A stretch of DNA of 32,000 nt from Candidatus Saccharimonadota bacterium (GTDB lineage: Bacteria > Patescibacteriota > Patescibacteriia > 2-12-FULL-60-25), in NCBI GenBank assembly GCA_016699205.1, contig CP064964.1:30001-62000 (forward strand), given 5' to 3'. Under the pieces are notes generated by a model. The model saw only the letters and a list, made by a program, of their open reading frames with translations. It was not told the DNA's origin and did not search any database. The position numbers and the translations under genes are program-made. Shown piece by piece: positions 16,613 to 25,896 of the stretch; positions within the stretch are counted from its first letter, which is position 1; every line of letters begins with the position of its first letter.

Positions 16613-16936
16613 ATGAAAGAAATCAAGGGATGGAGATGGTTTAAGTGCGTCACTGTTGGTTTGCTAGGTTCTATTATCTACCATACTCTTGCGGCGGTGT
16701 TTATATTACTCACTCCGCTAGTGAGTATATTGATGGTTTTACCTGGTTTGTTATTCGCTAGTGTTCTCACGGCTATCTATTTGGCTATAGTTGATTCTTC
16801 GAGATGGTGGTTGTTTCCAGATTTCATTCCGGTGCTCTTGTGTAATTTTCTATTTGTTTGGTTTGTTATCGCAATATTGTTTGATTGGAAACAGAAAAAA
16901 GGCTTGACAAGGTTTGGGAAAAAGGGAACGGAGTAG
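16613..16936 (+). CDS. Small integral membrane protein, 107 aa, unknown function
   Basis: Three hydrophobic spans (VTVGLLGSIIYHTLAAVFILL, LMVLPGLLFASVLTAIYLAIV, FIPVLLCNFLFVWFVIAILF) and a basic C-terminal tail. No family recognised. Confidence 0.55.
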   Translation: MKEIKGWRWFKCVTVGLLGSIIYHTLAAVFILLTPLVSILMVLPGLLFASVLTAIYLAIVDSSRWWLFPDFIPVLLCNFLFVWFVIAILFDWKQKKGLTRFGKKGTE

Positions 16937-16939
16937 AGG

Positions 16940-17290
16940 GTGGCATTACATAACCCGCTTTGGCAGAATCACTTGCGAGCTAGCCTGCGAAGAAATCAGA
17001 CTCAAGCAGAGCACAAGCTCTGGTATTATGTTTCTCGAAGCCAGCTAGGTACTAAGATTCGTCGTCAGCATGGGATCGGGCAGTATATTGCGGACTTTTA
17101 CTGTCGTAATGCGAAGCTGGTAATAGAAATAGACGGAAGCGTTCATCTTCAGCCGGATGTTCAAAAGCGAGATTATGAGAAAGAGGTGTTTTTTAATTCT
17201 CTTGGCTTGACTGTCTTGAGGTTTACGAATCAGGAAATTTTGTGCAATATTGAGATGGTTTTAGCCAAGATCCGCAGCACACTCCCGTAG
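16940..17290 (+). CDS. DUF559 endonuclease-like domain protein (Vsr/restriction-endonuclease fold)
   Basis: EHKLWYYV, RRQHGIGQYIADFYCRNAKLVIEIDGSVH and VLRFTNQEI fit the DUF559 pattern. GTG start. Confidence 0.8.
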   Translation: MALHNPLWQNHLRASLRRNQTQAEHKLWYYVSRSQLGTKIRRQHGIGQYIADFYCRNAKLVIEIDGSVHLQPDVQKRDYEKEVFFNSLGLTVLRFTNQEILCNIEMVLAKIRSTLP

Positions 17291-17292
17291 CG

Positions 17293-17374
17293 TTCTCCCC
17301 TGACAAGGGGAGAAGACAGCCAGAAGGCTGGCAGAGGGGTCCGGCAGCGCAGTGGGCCCAGCCCGTTGGACCCC
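17293..17374. other. Cluster of GC-rich hairpins in the DUF559-uvrB spacer
   Basis: ttctcccct-gaca-aggggagaa (17293-17314), cagcc-agaa-ggctg (17317-17330) and ggggtcc...ggacccc (17336-17374) were read directly. Confidence 0.6.
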
Positions 17375-17435
17375 CTGACCCACGCGTAGCGTGAGTCTGT
17401 CCCCCTTGGCAGGGTGACACGAGCGGGGAAGATAT

Positions 17436-19520
17436 ATGCTCAACAAATTCATCCTCAAATCAAACTACGAACCCTCGGGTGATCAGCCAGAGGCTATTAA
17501 GCAATTGATTGATGGCGTGAAGAAAGGGTATCGATTCCAGACGCTGCTTGGTGCTACGGGTACGGGTAAGACATTTACGATTGCAAACGTTGTCGAGAGT
17601 ATTCAGAAGCCGACCCTCGTCATCGCACACAATAAAACGTTGGCGGCGCAGTTGTGTAATGAGTTCCGACATTTTTTTCCGGATAATGCCGTAGAGTATT
17701 TTGTTTCGTATTACGACTACTATCAGCCGGAGGCGTATATCGCGCGATCTGATACATATATCGAGAAGGAAGCGACGATTAACCAGGAGATTGATCGATT
17801 GCGACACAATGCGACGCAAGCGTTGATTACGCGTAAAGATGTTTTGATTGTGGCGACCGTGTCTTGTATTTATGGTCTTGGTGCACCGGAGGCGTATGAG
17901 AATACGGTTCTGCGCGTAAAACTTGGCGATGATGTTTCGCGTGAAGGGACGTTGAATCGATTGATTGAGATGCAGTTTACGCGTACGTCGGCGGATTTGT
18001 TGCGTGGAACGTTTCGATCGAGAGGTGAAGTATTGGAGGTGATGCCGGCCAACGAGGAAGTTGTTTATCGTATTGAAGCGCCGCGTGGAATTGTGTCGCG
18101 TATCGAGAAGATTGATCCGCTTACCAAGAAAGTCTTGCGCGAGCAGGAAGATATTTGGGTGTTTCCGGCGAAACATTTTATTACGGTTGGAGAAGAGCGT
18201 ACGCGTGCGATCGAGACGATTCGGAAGGAATTGAAAGAGCGTTTGGAATGGTTTGAGAAAAAGGGATTGTTGCTGGAGGCGGAGCGATTGGAGCGTAAAA
18301 CCAAATACGATTTGGAAATGATGGAGACGCTCGGTTATTGCAATGGTATTGAAAATTATTCGCAACCTTTGAGCGGCCGACCGCCGGGTGAGGCGCCGGA
18401 TACGCTTTTTTCCTATTTCCCGGAGGATTATTTGCTTGTGATCGATGAGTCGCACGTCACAACGACGCAGCTTGGTGGAATGTATGAGGGTGATAAGTCG
18501 CGTAAACAATCGCTGATTGAGCATGGATTCCGATTGCCGAGTGCGGCGGATAATCGACCTTTGCGATTTACGGAATTGGAGAAAAAGATGAAGCAGGTGA
18601 TTTTTGTTTCAGCGACGCCGGCGAAATACGAGTTGGAGCATAGCGCACAGATTGTCGAGCAGATTATCCGTCCGACGGGTCTTGTTGATCCGGAGATTAT
18701 CGTGATGCCGATTACGCCGGATAAGAAGGGATATAAAGGTCAGGTTGAGGATTTGCTTACCAATCGCATGCCGGAGGTTATTGCGCGTAAGGAGCGTGTC
18801 TTGGTGACGACATTGACCAAGAAGATGGCAGAAGATTTAACCGAGTTCATGAAAGAACGTGGGTTTAAGGTACGCTACATTCATAGCGATATCGAGACGA
18901 TCGAACGTTTGGAGATTTTGTCGGAGTTTCGAAAGGGAACGTATGACGTCATCATTGGTGTGAACTTGCTGCGTGAAGGTTTGGATCTTCCGGAAGTTTC
19001 GCTGGTGGCGATTATGGATGCGGACAAGGAAGGTTTCTTGCGATCGGAGACGTCGTTGATTCAGACGATTGGTCGTGCGGCGCGTAACGTGAAAGGACAA
19101 GTGTTGCTTTATGCCGATGAGATTACGGGTTCGATGGAACGTGCGATGAAAGAAACGGAACGTCGTCGTGTGAAACAGCTTGCGTATAACAAGTTGCATG
19201 GGATTACGCCAAAGACGATTATCAAGGCGCAAGAAGATTTGCGATTGATGTTGGGATTGGCGGTGACGGAAAAGGATGTGAAGGAGATTTTGAAGCTGGA
19301 ACTTTCAGGAGAGACTCATGATTTGGGAACGGTTTTGAAGAAGAAGGAGTCGGAGATGAAGGAGGCTGCGAAGAATTTGGAATTTGAGCTTGCGGCGATT
19401 TTGCGTGATGAGGTGATGCAGCTTGAAAAAGAAATTAGAAAGCGATCAAAGACTTCGGCTTTGCCGGATAAGGAGAAGAAGAAAGTGGAGAAGAGGGTGA
19501 GACATGGGAGGACGAGGTGA
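17436..19520 (+). CDS. uvrB: Excinuclease ABC subunit B
   Basis: Walker A GATGTGKTFT, DESH box (VIDESHVT), helicase motifs, and the C-terminal UVR coiled coil LEFELAAILRDEVMQLEKE. Confidence 0.95.
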   Translation: MLNKFILKSNYEPSGDQPEAIKQLIDGVKKGYRFQTLLGATGTGKTFTIANVVESIQKPTLVIAHNKTLAAQLCNEFRHFFPDNAVEYFVSYYDYYQPEAYIARSDTYIEKEATINQEIDRLRHNATQALITRKDVLIVATVSCIYGLGAPEAYENTVLRVKLGDDVSREGTLNRLIEMQFTRTSADLLRGTFRSRGEVLEVMPANEEVVYRIEAPRGIVSRIEKIDPLTKKVLREQEDIWVFPAKHFITVGEERTRAIETIRKELKERLEWFEKKGLLLEAERLERKTKYDLEMMETLGYCNGIENYSQPLSGRPPGEAPDTLFSYFPEDYLLVIDESHVTTTQLGGMYEGDKSRKQSLIEHGFRLPSAADNRPLRFTELEKKMKQVIFVSATPAKYELEHSAQIVEQIIRPTGLVDPEIIVMPITPDKKGYKGQVEDLLTNRMPEVIARKERVLVTTLTKKMAEDLTEFMKERGFKVRYIHSDIETIERLEILSEFRKGTYDVIIGVNLLREGLDLPEVSLVAIMDADKEGFLRSETSLIQTIGRAARNVKGQVLLYADEITGSMERAMKETERRRVKQLAYNKLHGITPKTIIKAQEDLRLMLGLAVTEKDVKEILKLELSGETHDLGTVLKKKESEMKEAAKNLEFELAAILRDEVMQLEKEIRKRSKTSALPDKEKKKVEKRVRHGRTR

Positions 19521-19521
19521 T

Positions 19522-20757
19522 ATGAAGAAAGCTATTTTTAGTGCGTTTGCCGTATTCCAGGATGCTAAAGACGGTCTTGAGAAGGAGAAAGTATTTAAAA
19601 AAGCTTTTATGCTGGAACGTGAACTCACGACAGCGGAGCAAGGAGTAATCAAGAATGAAATCCTGAAAGAACTTCAAGACATTTCTTTAACGAAGGGTTC
19701 GTCAATAACAAATACTTATTCTTCGTATTCGTTTGTAGATAAGGTTGAGAAACCATTTTTTGGCGATTGTCTTGTCCAAGTCAGGCTGCCGTATTGTCTG
19801 TACCTGCCTCAAAACTTTTCTTACAAGGCGGTTACAAAGAATGGCGTAAAAGCACGACTTGTCCTGAATAAACAATGGACATTGCACGCTAAGGAGTCGA
19901 GCGTGGCCGATTTATATACAGAGGGCTCCTCGACTTTTTTTAAGAATTCGCAAGTTATTACGCCGCGGTATCCGTTAGCACTTGAGGCTGGATGGGATCC
20001 GCCGTCCAATGTCAAGAATTCTGAGAAACTAGAAGATGAAAGTGGTGTTTATAGATATTCGAGAATTTCGATAATGTTAGAAACAAATGTTCGTAATGAG
20101 GAGGAAATCGACAAGGAGTTATCAAATTTTCACAAGAAGCTCCATGGTGATTGCTTGGATATTGTAAATCGGTTTTTAGATATTTACAGATATGTGGCGA
20201 ATAGATCCTATATTGGACGGCTCAATACTCTTTCGATTGATAATGTCTATTTTTTTTCAATAAACTCAGGTTATTATCCGATGCCACTCAATATCGGTAC
20301 TGCTGAGATGAATCTCCCTGAGGAACAAATTGAAAAAATTCATGATCTTGCTGAAGCGGGTACAGAGCCGCCGTTACATGCATTACTAGCGCTTCAAGCG
20401 CTAGGTTCTATGAAGAGCGGTGCGAATCTTTTAGCTGTCGTCGAGTCTTTCAAAGCGCTTGATGTTTTTATAGAAGAGTTTTTATACGCGAGATTAAGTT
20501 CACAAGGTTCTGCTGTCCAAGATTTTGAAGCTAAGCTAGAGAATGCTTACAATACAAAAGATAGACTCAAGGATCTGCTCAAAGAGGTGACCGGCAAGAC
20601 TGTGCATGAGATTGATAATGAACTTTGGAGTGAGTGGCTGGCAGTTTATAAGGATCGGAATAAGTCGATTCATGCGAGGCTCCAACCAGACTTGAAGATG
20701 ACGGAGAAAATTTTGGATTTGAATCAAAAAATGATTGATATCATCAGTACTTTTTAG
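19522..20757 (+). CDS. HEPN-domain protein (putative RNase) with an unassigned ~300-aa N-terminal region
   Basis: C-terminal WLAVYKDRNKSIHARL is R-N-x3-H, the Rx4-6H HEPN motif with the typical Asn after Arg. It is preceded by helical segments (HALLALQALGSMKSGANLLAVVESFKALDVFIEEFLY). The ATG at 19522 has a GAGG 4 nt upstream. The alternative ATG at 19504 overlaps the end of uvrB. Two counted lines are 28% and 30% GC. Confidence 0.65.
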   Translation: MKKAIFSAFAVFQDAKDGLEKEKVFKKAFMLERELTTAEQGVIKNEILKELQDISLTKGSSITNTYSSYSFVDKVEKPFFGDCLVQVRLPYCLYLPQNFSYKAVTKNGVKARLVLNKQWTLHAKESSVADLYTEGSSTFFKNSQVITPRYPLALEAGWDPPSNVKNSEKLEDESGVYRYSRISIMLETNVRNEEEIDKELSNFHKKLHGDCLDIVNRFLDIYRYVANRSYIGRLNTLSIDNVYFFSINSGYYPMPLNIGTAEMNLPEEQIEKIHDLAEAGTEPPLHALLALQALGSMKSGANLLAVVESFKALDVFIEEFLYARLSSQGSAVQDFEAKLENAYNTKDRLKDLLKEVTGKTVHEIDNELWSEWLAVYKDRNKSIHARLQPDLKMTEKILDLNQKMIDIISTF

Positions 20758-20809
20758 CGATGCGTCTGCTTTGAAACTTGCTAAGCGAGCATTTCTAAAT
20801 GCTAACAAT

Positions 20810-21007
20810 ATGTCCGAACATATCGTTTCTATTTTCTACACCAATTACCGCGGCGAAACAGCCGAGCGTAAAATAATTCCAAAAAAGATTTGGTTTGGAG
20901 CGACGGAATGGCATCCGGAGGAGCAATGGTTGCTTGAGGCTTTGGATGTAGCGAAGAATGAGGATCGGCATTTTGCGATGAAAGACATTAAAAGCTGGAG
21001 CGTATAA
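20810..21007 (+). CDS. Small stand-alone WYL-like domain protein (~65 aa)
   Basis: IVSIFYTNYRGETAERKIIPKKIWFGATEWHPEEQWLLEALDVAKNEDRHFAMKDIKSW fits the WYL pattern Y..(x)..R.i.P..i....W.L.A.D....R.F...dI. No HTH is present. There is no clear SD before the ATG at 20810. The alternative TTG at 20735 overlaps the HEPN gene by 23 nt. Confidence 0.55.
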   Translation: MSEHIVSIFYTNYRGETAERKIIPKKIWFGATEWHPEEQWLLEALDVAKNEDRHFAMKDIKSWSV

Positions 21008-21012
21008 CAAAT

Positions 21013-21042
21013 AAGGCCTCCCTAGAAGCGGGAGGCCTTTTT
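21013..21042. terminator. Bidirectional intrinsic terminator
   Basis: 10-bp stem aaggcctccc / gggaggcctt with a 7-nt loop. The flanks are aaat upstream and ttt downstream. It lies between the WYL-like ORF (+) and the membrane-protein ORF (-). Confidence 0.7.
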
Positions 21043-21410
21043 CAGTCTTTCTTTGCGCGATCCTTCAAACGCTCGACCGACCACGTGAGCCAGCACATAT
21101 GGATGAACTGGGCTTTGGTGTAGGTCGAGGCGAAGAGGATCACGAGAAAGGGCAAAGCATTGATGATTCTGACCCACTCACCCGTTATCAGCATTTGACC
21201 TGCGGTCGCGAGGATTGCGACGTCGAGGAACAGGGCAAAAGGGGTGATGAACAGCCAGGCAAGGCAGAAACTGCGCAGGCCTTCTGGCTTGTTGTCTTTG
21301 TGCGTCCAAGCCCACTTGGGATCGTCCCACTTGAGGAGTTTCCAGGAGTTGAAGATGATGGCAACTTGCAGGTAGATGTAGAAACCGATCAAACAACAGA
21401 CAAAGTCCAT
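21042..21410 (-). CDS. Small integral membrane protein, 122 aa, unknown function
   Basis: Hydrophobic spans (FVCCLIGFYIYLQVAIIF, FCLAWLFITPFALFLDVAILATAG, IINALPFLVILFAS). A counted line is 57% GC. No family recognised. Confidence 0.55.
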   Translation of the reverse strand: MDFVCCLIGFYIYLQVAIIFNSWKLLKWDDPKWAWTHKDNKPEGLRSFCLAWLFITPFALFLDVAILATAGQMLITGEWVRIINALPFLVILFASTYTKAQFIHMCWLTWSVERLKDRAKKD

Positions 21411-21510
21411 GCGTTCCTCGGGTCTCGAGGATAGGTATTGTTGAGTGATGTGTCAATCGTAGTTGGATCGGGGCTTTCGCTTTTTGTTCGGATACGCTTA
21501 GATAGGGGCT

Positions 21511-23322
21511 ATGGATGCTGTGCAGGACATCAAAGGACGACTCGATATTGTCGATGTTGTTAGTGAATATATCCCGCTAAAACCGGGTGGTTCCGGTGCG
21601 TTTAAAGCTAATTGCCCTTTCCATAACGAGAAGAGTCCTTCTTTTTACGTTTCCCGTCCGCGTCAGAGCTGGCATTGTTTTGGATGCGATCAGGGAGGGG
21701 ATTCGATTTCGTTTGTGATGCGGATGGAAGGAATGGAGTTTCGCGAGGCGCTTGAACATCTCGCGCAGAAGACGGGTGTTGTCCTACCTAAATACGATGG
21801 GGAGAAAGCTTCGCAGAGAAAACGCTTGCATGAAGTGAATGATATCGCGATGCGATTTTTTCGTGCTTCGCTACAAAATCTTCCAACAGCCGATCATGCT
21901 CGTGCGTATTTGGCCAAGCGCGGCGTCGATGATTTAACGGCTGATCTTTTTCAAATCGGTTATGCGCCTGAATCGTGGGATGCATTAACGGTGGCGCTTG
22001 CATCGAAAGAAGTAACAGAAGCTGAAATGTTACTTGCAGGACTTGTCGGGAAGCGTGAGAAGGGGACGGGTGTTTATGATCGGTTCAGGAATCGATTGAT
22101 GTTTCCTATTGCAGATGTGCATGGGAATATCGTTGGTTTTACAGGAAGAATTCTCACGGACTCAAAAGAAGAGGCGAAGTATGTGAATACGCCCGAGACT
22201 TCCGTGTATCGAAAATCTGCGGTGCTTTATGGATTGGATAAGGCGAAGGGGGAGATTCGACGGCAAGACGTTGCGGTGATTGTTGAAGGGAATATGGATG
22301 TGGTTGGATCGCATCAATTTGGCGTGACGCAGGTTGTGGCTTCTAGCGGAACGGCGCTGACGACGGAGCAGCTTGCTTTGCTGAAGCGCTTTACCACAAA
22401 TTTGGCGATTGCTTTTGATCAGGACAATGCCGGTAATGCCGCAACGTTACGCGGACTTGATTTGGCGCGTGCGCAAGATTTTAATATTAAGGTGATTACG
22501 CTGCCGCCGGAGGCTGGAAAAGATCCGGATGATGCCGTGCGGAAGAATCCGGAATTGTGGAAGCAGGCGATTAAAGACGCGGTTGGAATCATGGAGTGGA
22601 TTTATCGAAATGCGTTTAGAAATCGTTCAAGTGCAAATCCGGAAGATAAAAAGCTTATTGCAAAAGATGTGCTGACGGAGGTTAAGCGTATTGCTGATCC
22701 TGTTGAACGCGATCATTGGATCAAGAAGCTTTCTAAAGACATCGATACGAGCGAGCAGGCTCTTAGGGATGCGATGGTAAGAGTTCCAGCGGCAACACAG
22801 CCAAAGCCTGGAATACAGCCGCAAAAGAAGCAGCAAGTTGATGCCGCGCCGGCTCGATTAGGGAATGATAATAGCCTGGACCATGAAAAAAGGCTGTTTG
22901 CTATGGCGATTTATCGGCCGGAGCTGTGGAGGGCGGCGGTATCGTCGGAAATGATAAAACCTGAGGATTTTGAAGACCCGGGACTCGCAACTCTTTACGG
23001 AATGCTTCAAAACGCTTATGATCCTGAGGTATCCGTGAAAGCGGATTTGGCCTTGGCCAACCAAACCATCCGCCCTCCGGTCACCCTGACGCCGGACGAG
23101 GCGAAGAACTTCGACGCTTTAGCCTTCTTGGCTGAACGCGAATACCAGGGACAAACGCTTGAGGAGCTCAAGCGCGAACTAAAGACGGCGGCAGGAACGC
23201 TCCGCTTGCAACGCAAGAAACGAGAGCGACTGCAGGTCGAACATGAAATGAGAGAGGCAGAGCGCGTTGGCGATCAACCTCGAATACTCGAGCTATTGAA
23301 ACGCTTCAACGCACTCAATTAA
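21511..23322 (+). CDS. dnaG: DNA primase
   Basis: Zinc ribbon CPFHNEKSPSFYV...WHCFGCDQGG, RNA polymerase core, and TOPRIM region VAVIVEGNMDVV...DQDNAGNAA. Confidence 0.95.
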   Translation: MDAVQDIKGRLDIVDVVSEYIPLKPGGSGAFKANCPFHNEKSPSFYVSRPRQSWHCFGCDQGGDSISFVMRMEGMEFREALEHLAQKTGVVLPKYDGEKASQRKRLHEVNDIAMRFFRASLQNLPTADHARAYLAKRGVDDLTADLFQIGYAPESWDALTVALASKEVTEAEMLLAGLVGKREKGTGVYDRFRNRLMFPIADVHGNIVGFTGRILTDSKEEAKYVNTPETSVYRKSAVLYGLDKAKGEIRRQDVAVIVEGNMDVVGSHQFGVTQVVASSGTALTTEQLALLKRFTTNLAIAFDQDNAGNAATLRGLDLARAQDFNIKVITLPPEAGKDPDDAVRKNPELWKQAIKDAVGIMEWIYRNAFRNRSSANPEDKKLIAKDVLTEVKRIADPVERDHWIKKLSKDIDTSEQALRDAMVRVPAATQPKPGIQPQKKQQVDAAPARLGNDNSLDHEKRLFAMAIYRPELWRAAVSSEMIKPEDFEDPGLATLYGMLQNAYDPEVSVKADLALANQTIRPPVTLTPDEAKNFDALAFLAEREYQGQTLEELKRELKTAAGTLRLQRKKRERLQVEHEMREAERVGDQPRILELLKRFNALN

Positions 23323-23361
23323 TCGCTCGGCCGTCGGAGAATATCCGCGGCTCGGCTCTGT

Positions 23362-24633
23362 ATGCCAGCTAAGTCACGTTCAGCCTCAAAAATGAAAAAG
23401 AAGTTCCACCCGACCAAGCCTTCTCCAAAAAAGAAGGTGATGGGAAAGAAGTCTCCGAAAATTGTTCAGAAGGGTGGCAAGAAGCCGATGGGAAAGCCTC
23501 AGGCTAGCAAAAAGCCTGTCGCCTATCAGAAGAGCGCTCCGCCGTCTCAGGAAGTTATTGATAAGTTGTTTGATAAGGCCCGCTCTCGCGCATTTTTGAC
23601 CGAGAACGAGGTCTTGTATGCGTTTCCGGAAGTTGAGGATTATGTTGATTTGTACGAAGCCTTCATCGATCGTCTCGATGCGGCTGGTATTGGAATGGTA
23701 GAGCAGAAGGAAGGAATTCTTGGTCGTGGAAAAGAGCGACAAGAAATCATGCAGACGCTTCACAGCGCTGGCGATGAACGCCGCGGACGCATTGATCCGT
23801 CCGAGCTTTTGACGGCCGACTCGATTCAGATGTATTTGCGTGAGATTGGTAAGATTCCGTTGCTTACGGGTGAGCAGGAAGTTGCGCTTGCGAAACGAAA
23901 GGAGAAGCTCGATAAGGAAGCCGAGAAAGCTTTGATCGAGGCGAACTTGCGTCTTGTCGTTTCTATCGCCAAGAAGTTTACGGGTAAATCACTTTCACTT
24001 CTCGATTTGATTCAGGAAGGAAATATTGGTTTGTTCCGTGCGGTTAAGAAATTCGAGTATCGTAAAGGTTTCAAGTTCTCGACGTATGCCACGTGGTGGA
24101 TTCGTCAGGCGATTACGCGTGCTTTGGCTGATCAGTCGCGTACGATTCGTATTCCGGTGCACATGGTGGAAACGATTAACAAGTTCCAGCAGGTTGAACG
24201 TGAATTGATTCAGGAGCTTGGCCGTGAACCGTTGCCAGAAGAAATCGCGGCAGAAATGGGACAGGATCTTGAGAAGGTGCGTCATATTATCAAGATCTCT
24301 CAAGACACGGTTTCTCTTGAAACATCCGTTGGTGATGACGATGAAGACTCAACGCTTGAGGACTTTATCGAAGACGTGAAGAACGTCACGCCGGATCGTG
24401 CTGCGGCGTTGCAGCTTTTGAAGGATTACGTTGGTGAAATCGTGAAAGATCTTAATCCGCGTGAACAGAAGATTCTTGAGATGCGTTTTGGTTTGACCGA
24501 CGGCGTATCGCATACGCTTGAAGAAGTGGGTAAGGAATTTGATGTGACTCGCGAGCGTATTCGTCAGATTGAAGCAAAGGCGCTTGAAAAGATTCAGCAG
24601 CATCCGTTGATCAAGCGTTTGGCGGATTATTAA
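23362..24633 (+). CDS. rpoD: RNA polymerase sigma-70 (primary sigma factor) with a Lys-rich N-terminal extension
   Basis: Region 2 [30 protein letters not shown], region 3, and region 4.2 [24 protein letters not shown]. Confidence 0.93.
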   Translation: MPAKSRSASKMKKKFHPTKPSPKKKVMGKKSPKIVQKGGKKPMGKPQASKKPVAYQKSAPPSQEVIDKLFDKARSRAFLTENEVLYAFPEVEDYVDLYEAFIDRLDAAGIGMVEQKEGILGRGKERQEIMQTLHSAGDERRGRIDPSELLTADSIQMYLREIGKIPLLTGEQEVALAKRKEKLDKEAEKALIEANLRLVVSIAKKFTGKSLSLLDLIQEGNIGLFRAVKKFEYRKGFKFSTYATWWIRQAITRALADQSRTIRIPVHMVETINKFQQVERELIQELGREPLPEEIAAEMGQDLEKVRHIIKISQDTVSLETSVGDDDEDSTLEDFIEDVKNVTPDRAAALQLLKDYVGEIVKDLNPREQKILEMRFGLTDGVSHTLEEVGKEFDVTRERIRQIEAKALEKIQQHPLIKRLADY

Positions 24634-24660
24634 TTATAGTCACGCATCATCGTCATAATC

Positions 24661-25896
24661 ATGAGAGTGGGAATTGTGGGTGGGGGAGCGGCGGGACTTA
24701 TGGCTGCCGCAACGATATTGGAAACAGCTCCGGAAACGGAGCTGTTTCTGGTTGAGCGGAATGATGGTTTGGGAAAGAAGGTGATTATTTCCGGTGGTGG
24801 CCGATGTAATGTCACGACCGGAATTCAGGATGTTCGAACCGTGCTGACCAAGTATCCGCGAGGCGGCAAGTTTTTATCAAAAGCGATGTATCATTTTCCT
24901 CCAGCGGAAGTGTATGCGTGGTTTGAGGCGCATGGCGTGCCGTTGAAAAATGAGGAAGATAATCGCGTGTTTCCGCAATCAGACAATGGAAGGGATATTG
25001 TCGGGGTTTTTGAAAAGATGTTTCGTTCATCGAATGTCGAGGTTTTGTTGAAGCATTCCGTGGAATCGGTTGAGAAAAATGGCGAAGAATTTCGTTTGAA
25101 TTTTAAAGAAGGAGGATCGCTGGATGTTGATGCGGTTGTTTTGACGACGGGCGGGCAGGCGTATCGACATACGGGATCGACAGGAGATGGATATGCTTTT
25201 GCAATGGGACTCGGACATTCGATCACGAAACTTGCGGCAAGTTTGAATGCGTTTTTTACGTATGAGACATGGACGGCGGAAATCTCAGGGCTTTCCTTTG
25301 AGAAAGCCGAATTCCGTACCAAGCGCGATAAAGAGTATTCATTTACAGGCCCGTTTCTTTTTACGCATAAAGGCGTAAGCGGGCCGGCGGTTTTTGCGCT
25401 TTCATCGCAGGTGGCTTTTGAGAAATATGACAAGGAGGAACCGCTGAAGATTGAAATAGATTTGTTTCCTGATTCATCTAAAGATGAACTTGTGGCGACG
25501 ATCGAGGAGAAAGTCACGCATGCCGGGAGAAAGAGTTTTTTGAATGTATTGGCAATGACGGTTCCAAAGTCGCTTGCTGAAATTGTTGTAAAAGAATTGC
25601 ATATTGTGAGCGGCGTGCATGCGGCTGAAGTGAGTAAAAAGAATGTGACGCGGTGCGTTGAGTGGCTGAAAGCTATTCCGTTAACGGTTATCGGTAGAGG
25701 TGCGGGTGATGAATTTGTTACGGCTGGTGGTGTGAAGTTGGAAGAAGTTGATCCGCAGACGATGGAATCAAAGATTTGTCACGGATTGTATTTTGCCGGA
25801 GAAATTCTCGATATCGATGGATATACGGGCGGATTTAATTTGCAGGCATCGTGGGCAACTGGACGGTTGGCAGGTTTTTATATAGGCTCGCGCTAG
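24661..25896 (+). CDS. HI0933-like (BaiN/aminoacetone-oxidase family) flavoprotein
   Basis: VGIVGGGAAGLMAAA, VIISGGGRCNVTT and the C-terminal GLYFAGEILDIDGYTGGFNLQ are typical of the HI0933 family. Confidence 0.88.
   Translation: MRVGIVGGGAAGLMAAATILETAPETELFLVERNDGLGKKVIISGGGRCNVTTGIQDVRTVLTKYPRGGKFLSKAMYHFPPAEVYAWFEAHGVPLKNEEDNRVFPQSDNGRDIVGVFEKMFRSSNVEVLLKHSVESVEKNGEEFRLNFKEGGSLDVDAVVLTTGGQAYRHTGSTGDGYAFAMGLGHSITKLAASLNAFFTYETWTAEISGLSFEKAEFRTKRDKEYSFTGPFLFTHKGVSGPAVFALSSQVAFEKYDKEEPLKIEIDLFPDSSKDELVATIEEKVTHAGRKSFLNVLAMTVPKSLAEIVVKELHIVSGVHAAEVSKKNVTRCVEWLKAIPLTVIGRGAGDEFVTAGGVKLEEVDPQTMESKICHGLYFAGEILDIDGYTGGFNLQASWATGRLAGFYIGSR

Noticed and set aside
17460-18524. 354-aa minus-strand ORF antisense to uvrB.
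   Set aside because: It is completely contained in uvrB. Its composition is Arg/Leu/Asn/Ile-rich and low-complexity, and it has no SD or motif.
24891-25517. 208-aa minus-strand ORF antisense to the HI0933-like flavoprotein gene.
   Set aside because: It lies inside a confidently called gene and has a Ser-rich shadow composition.
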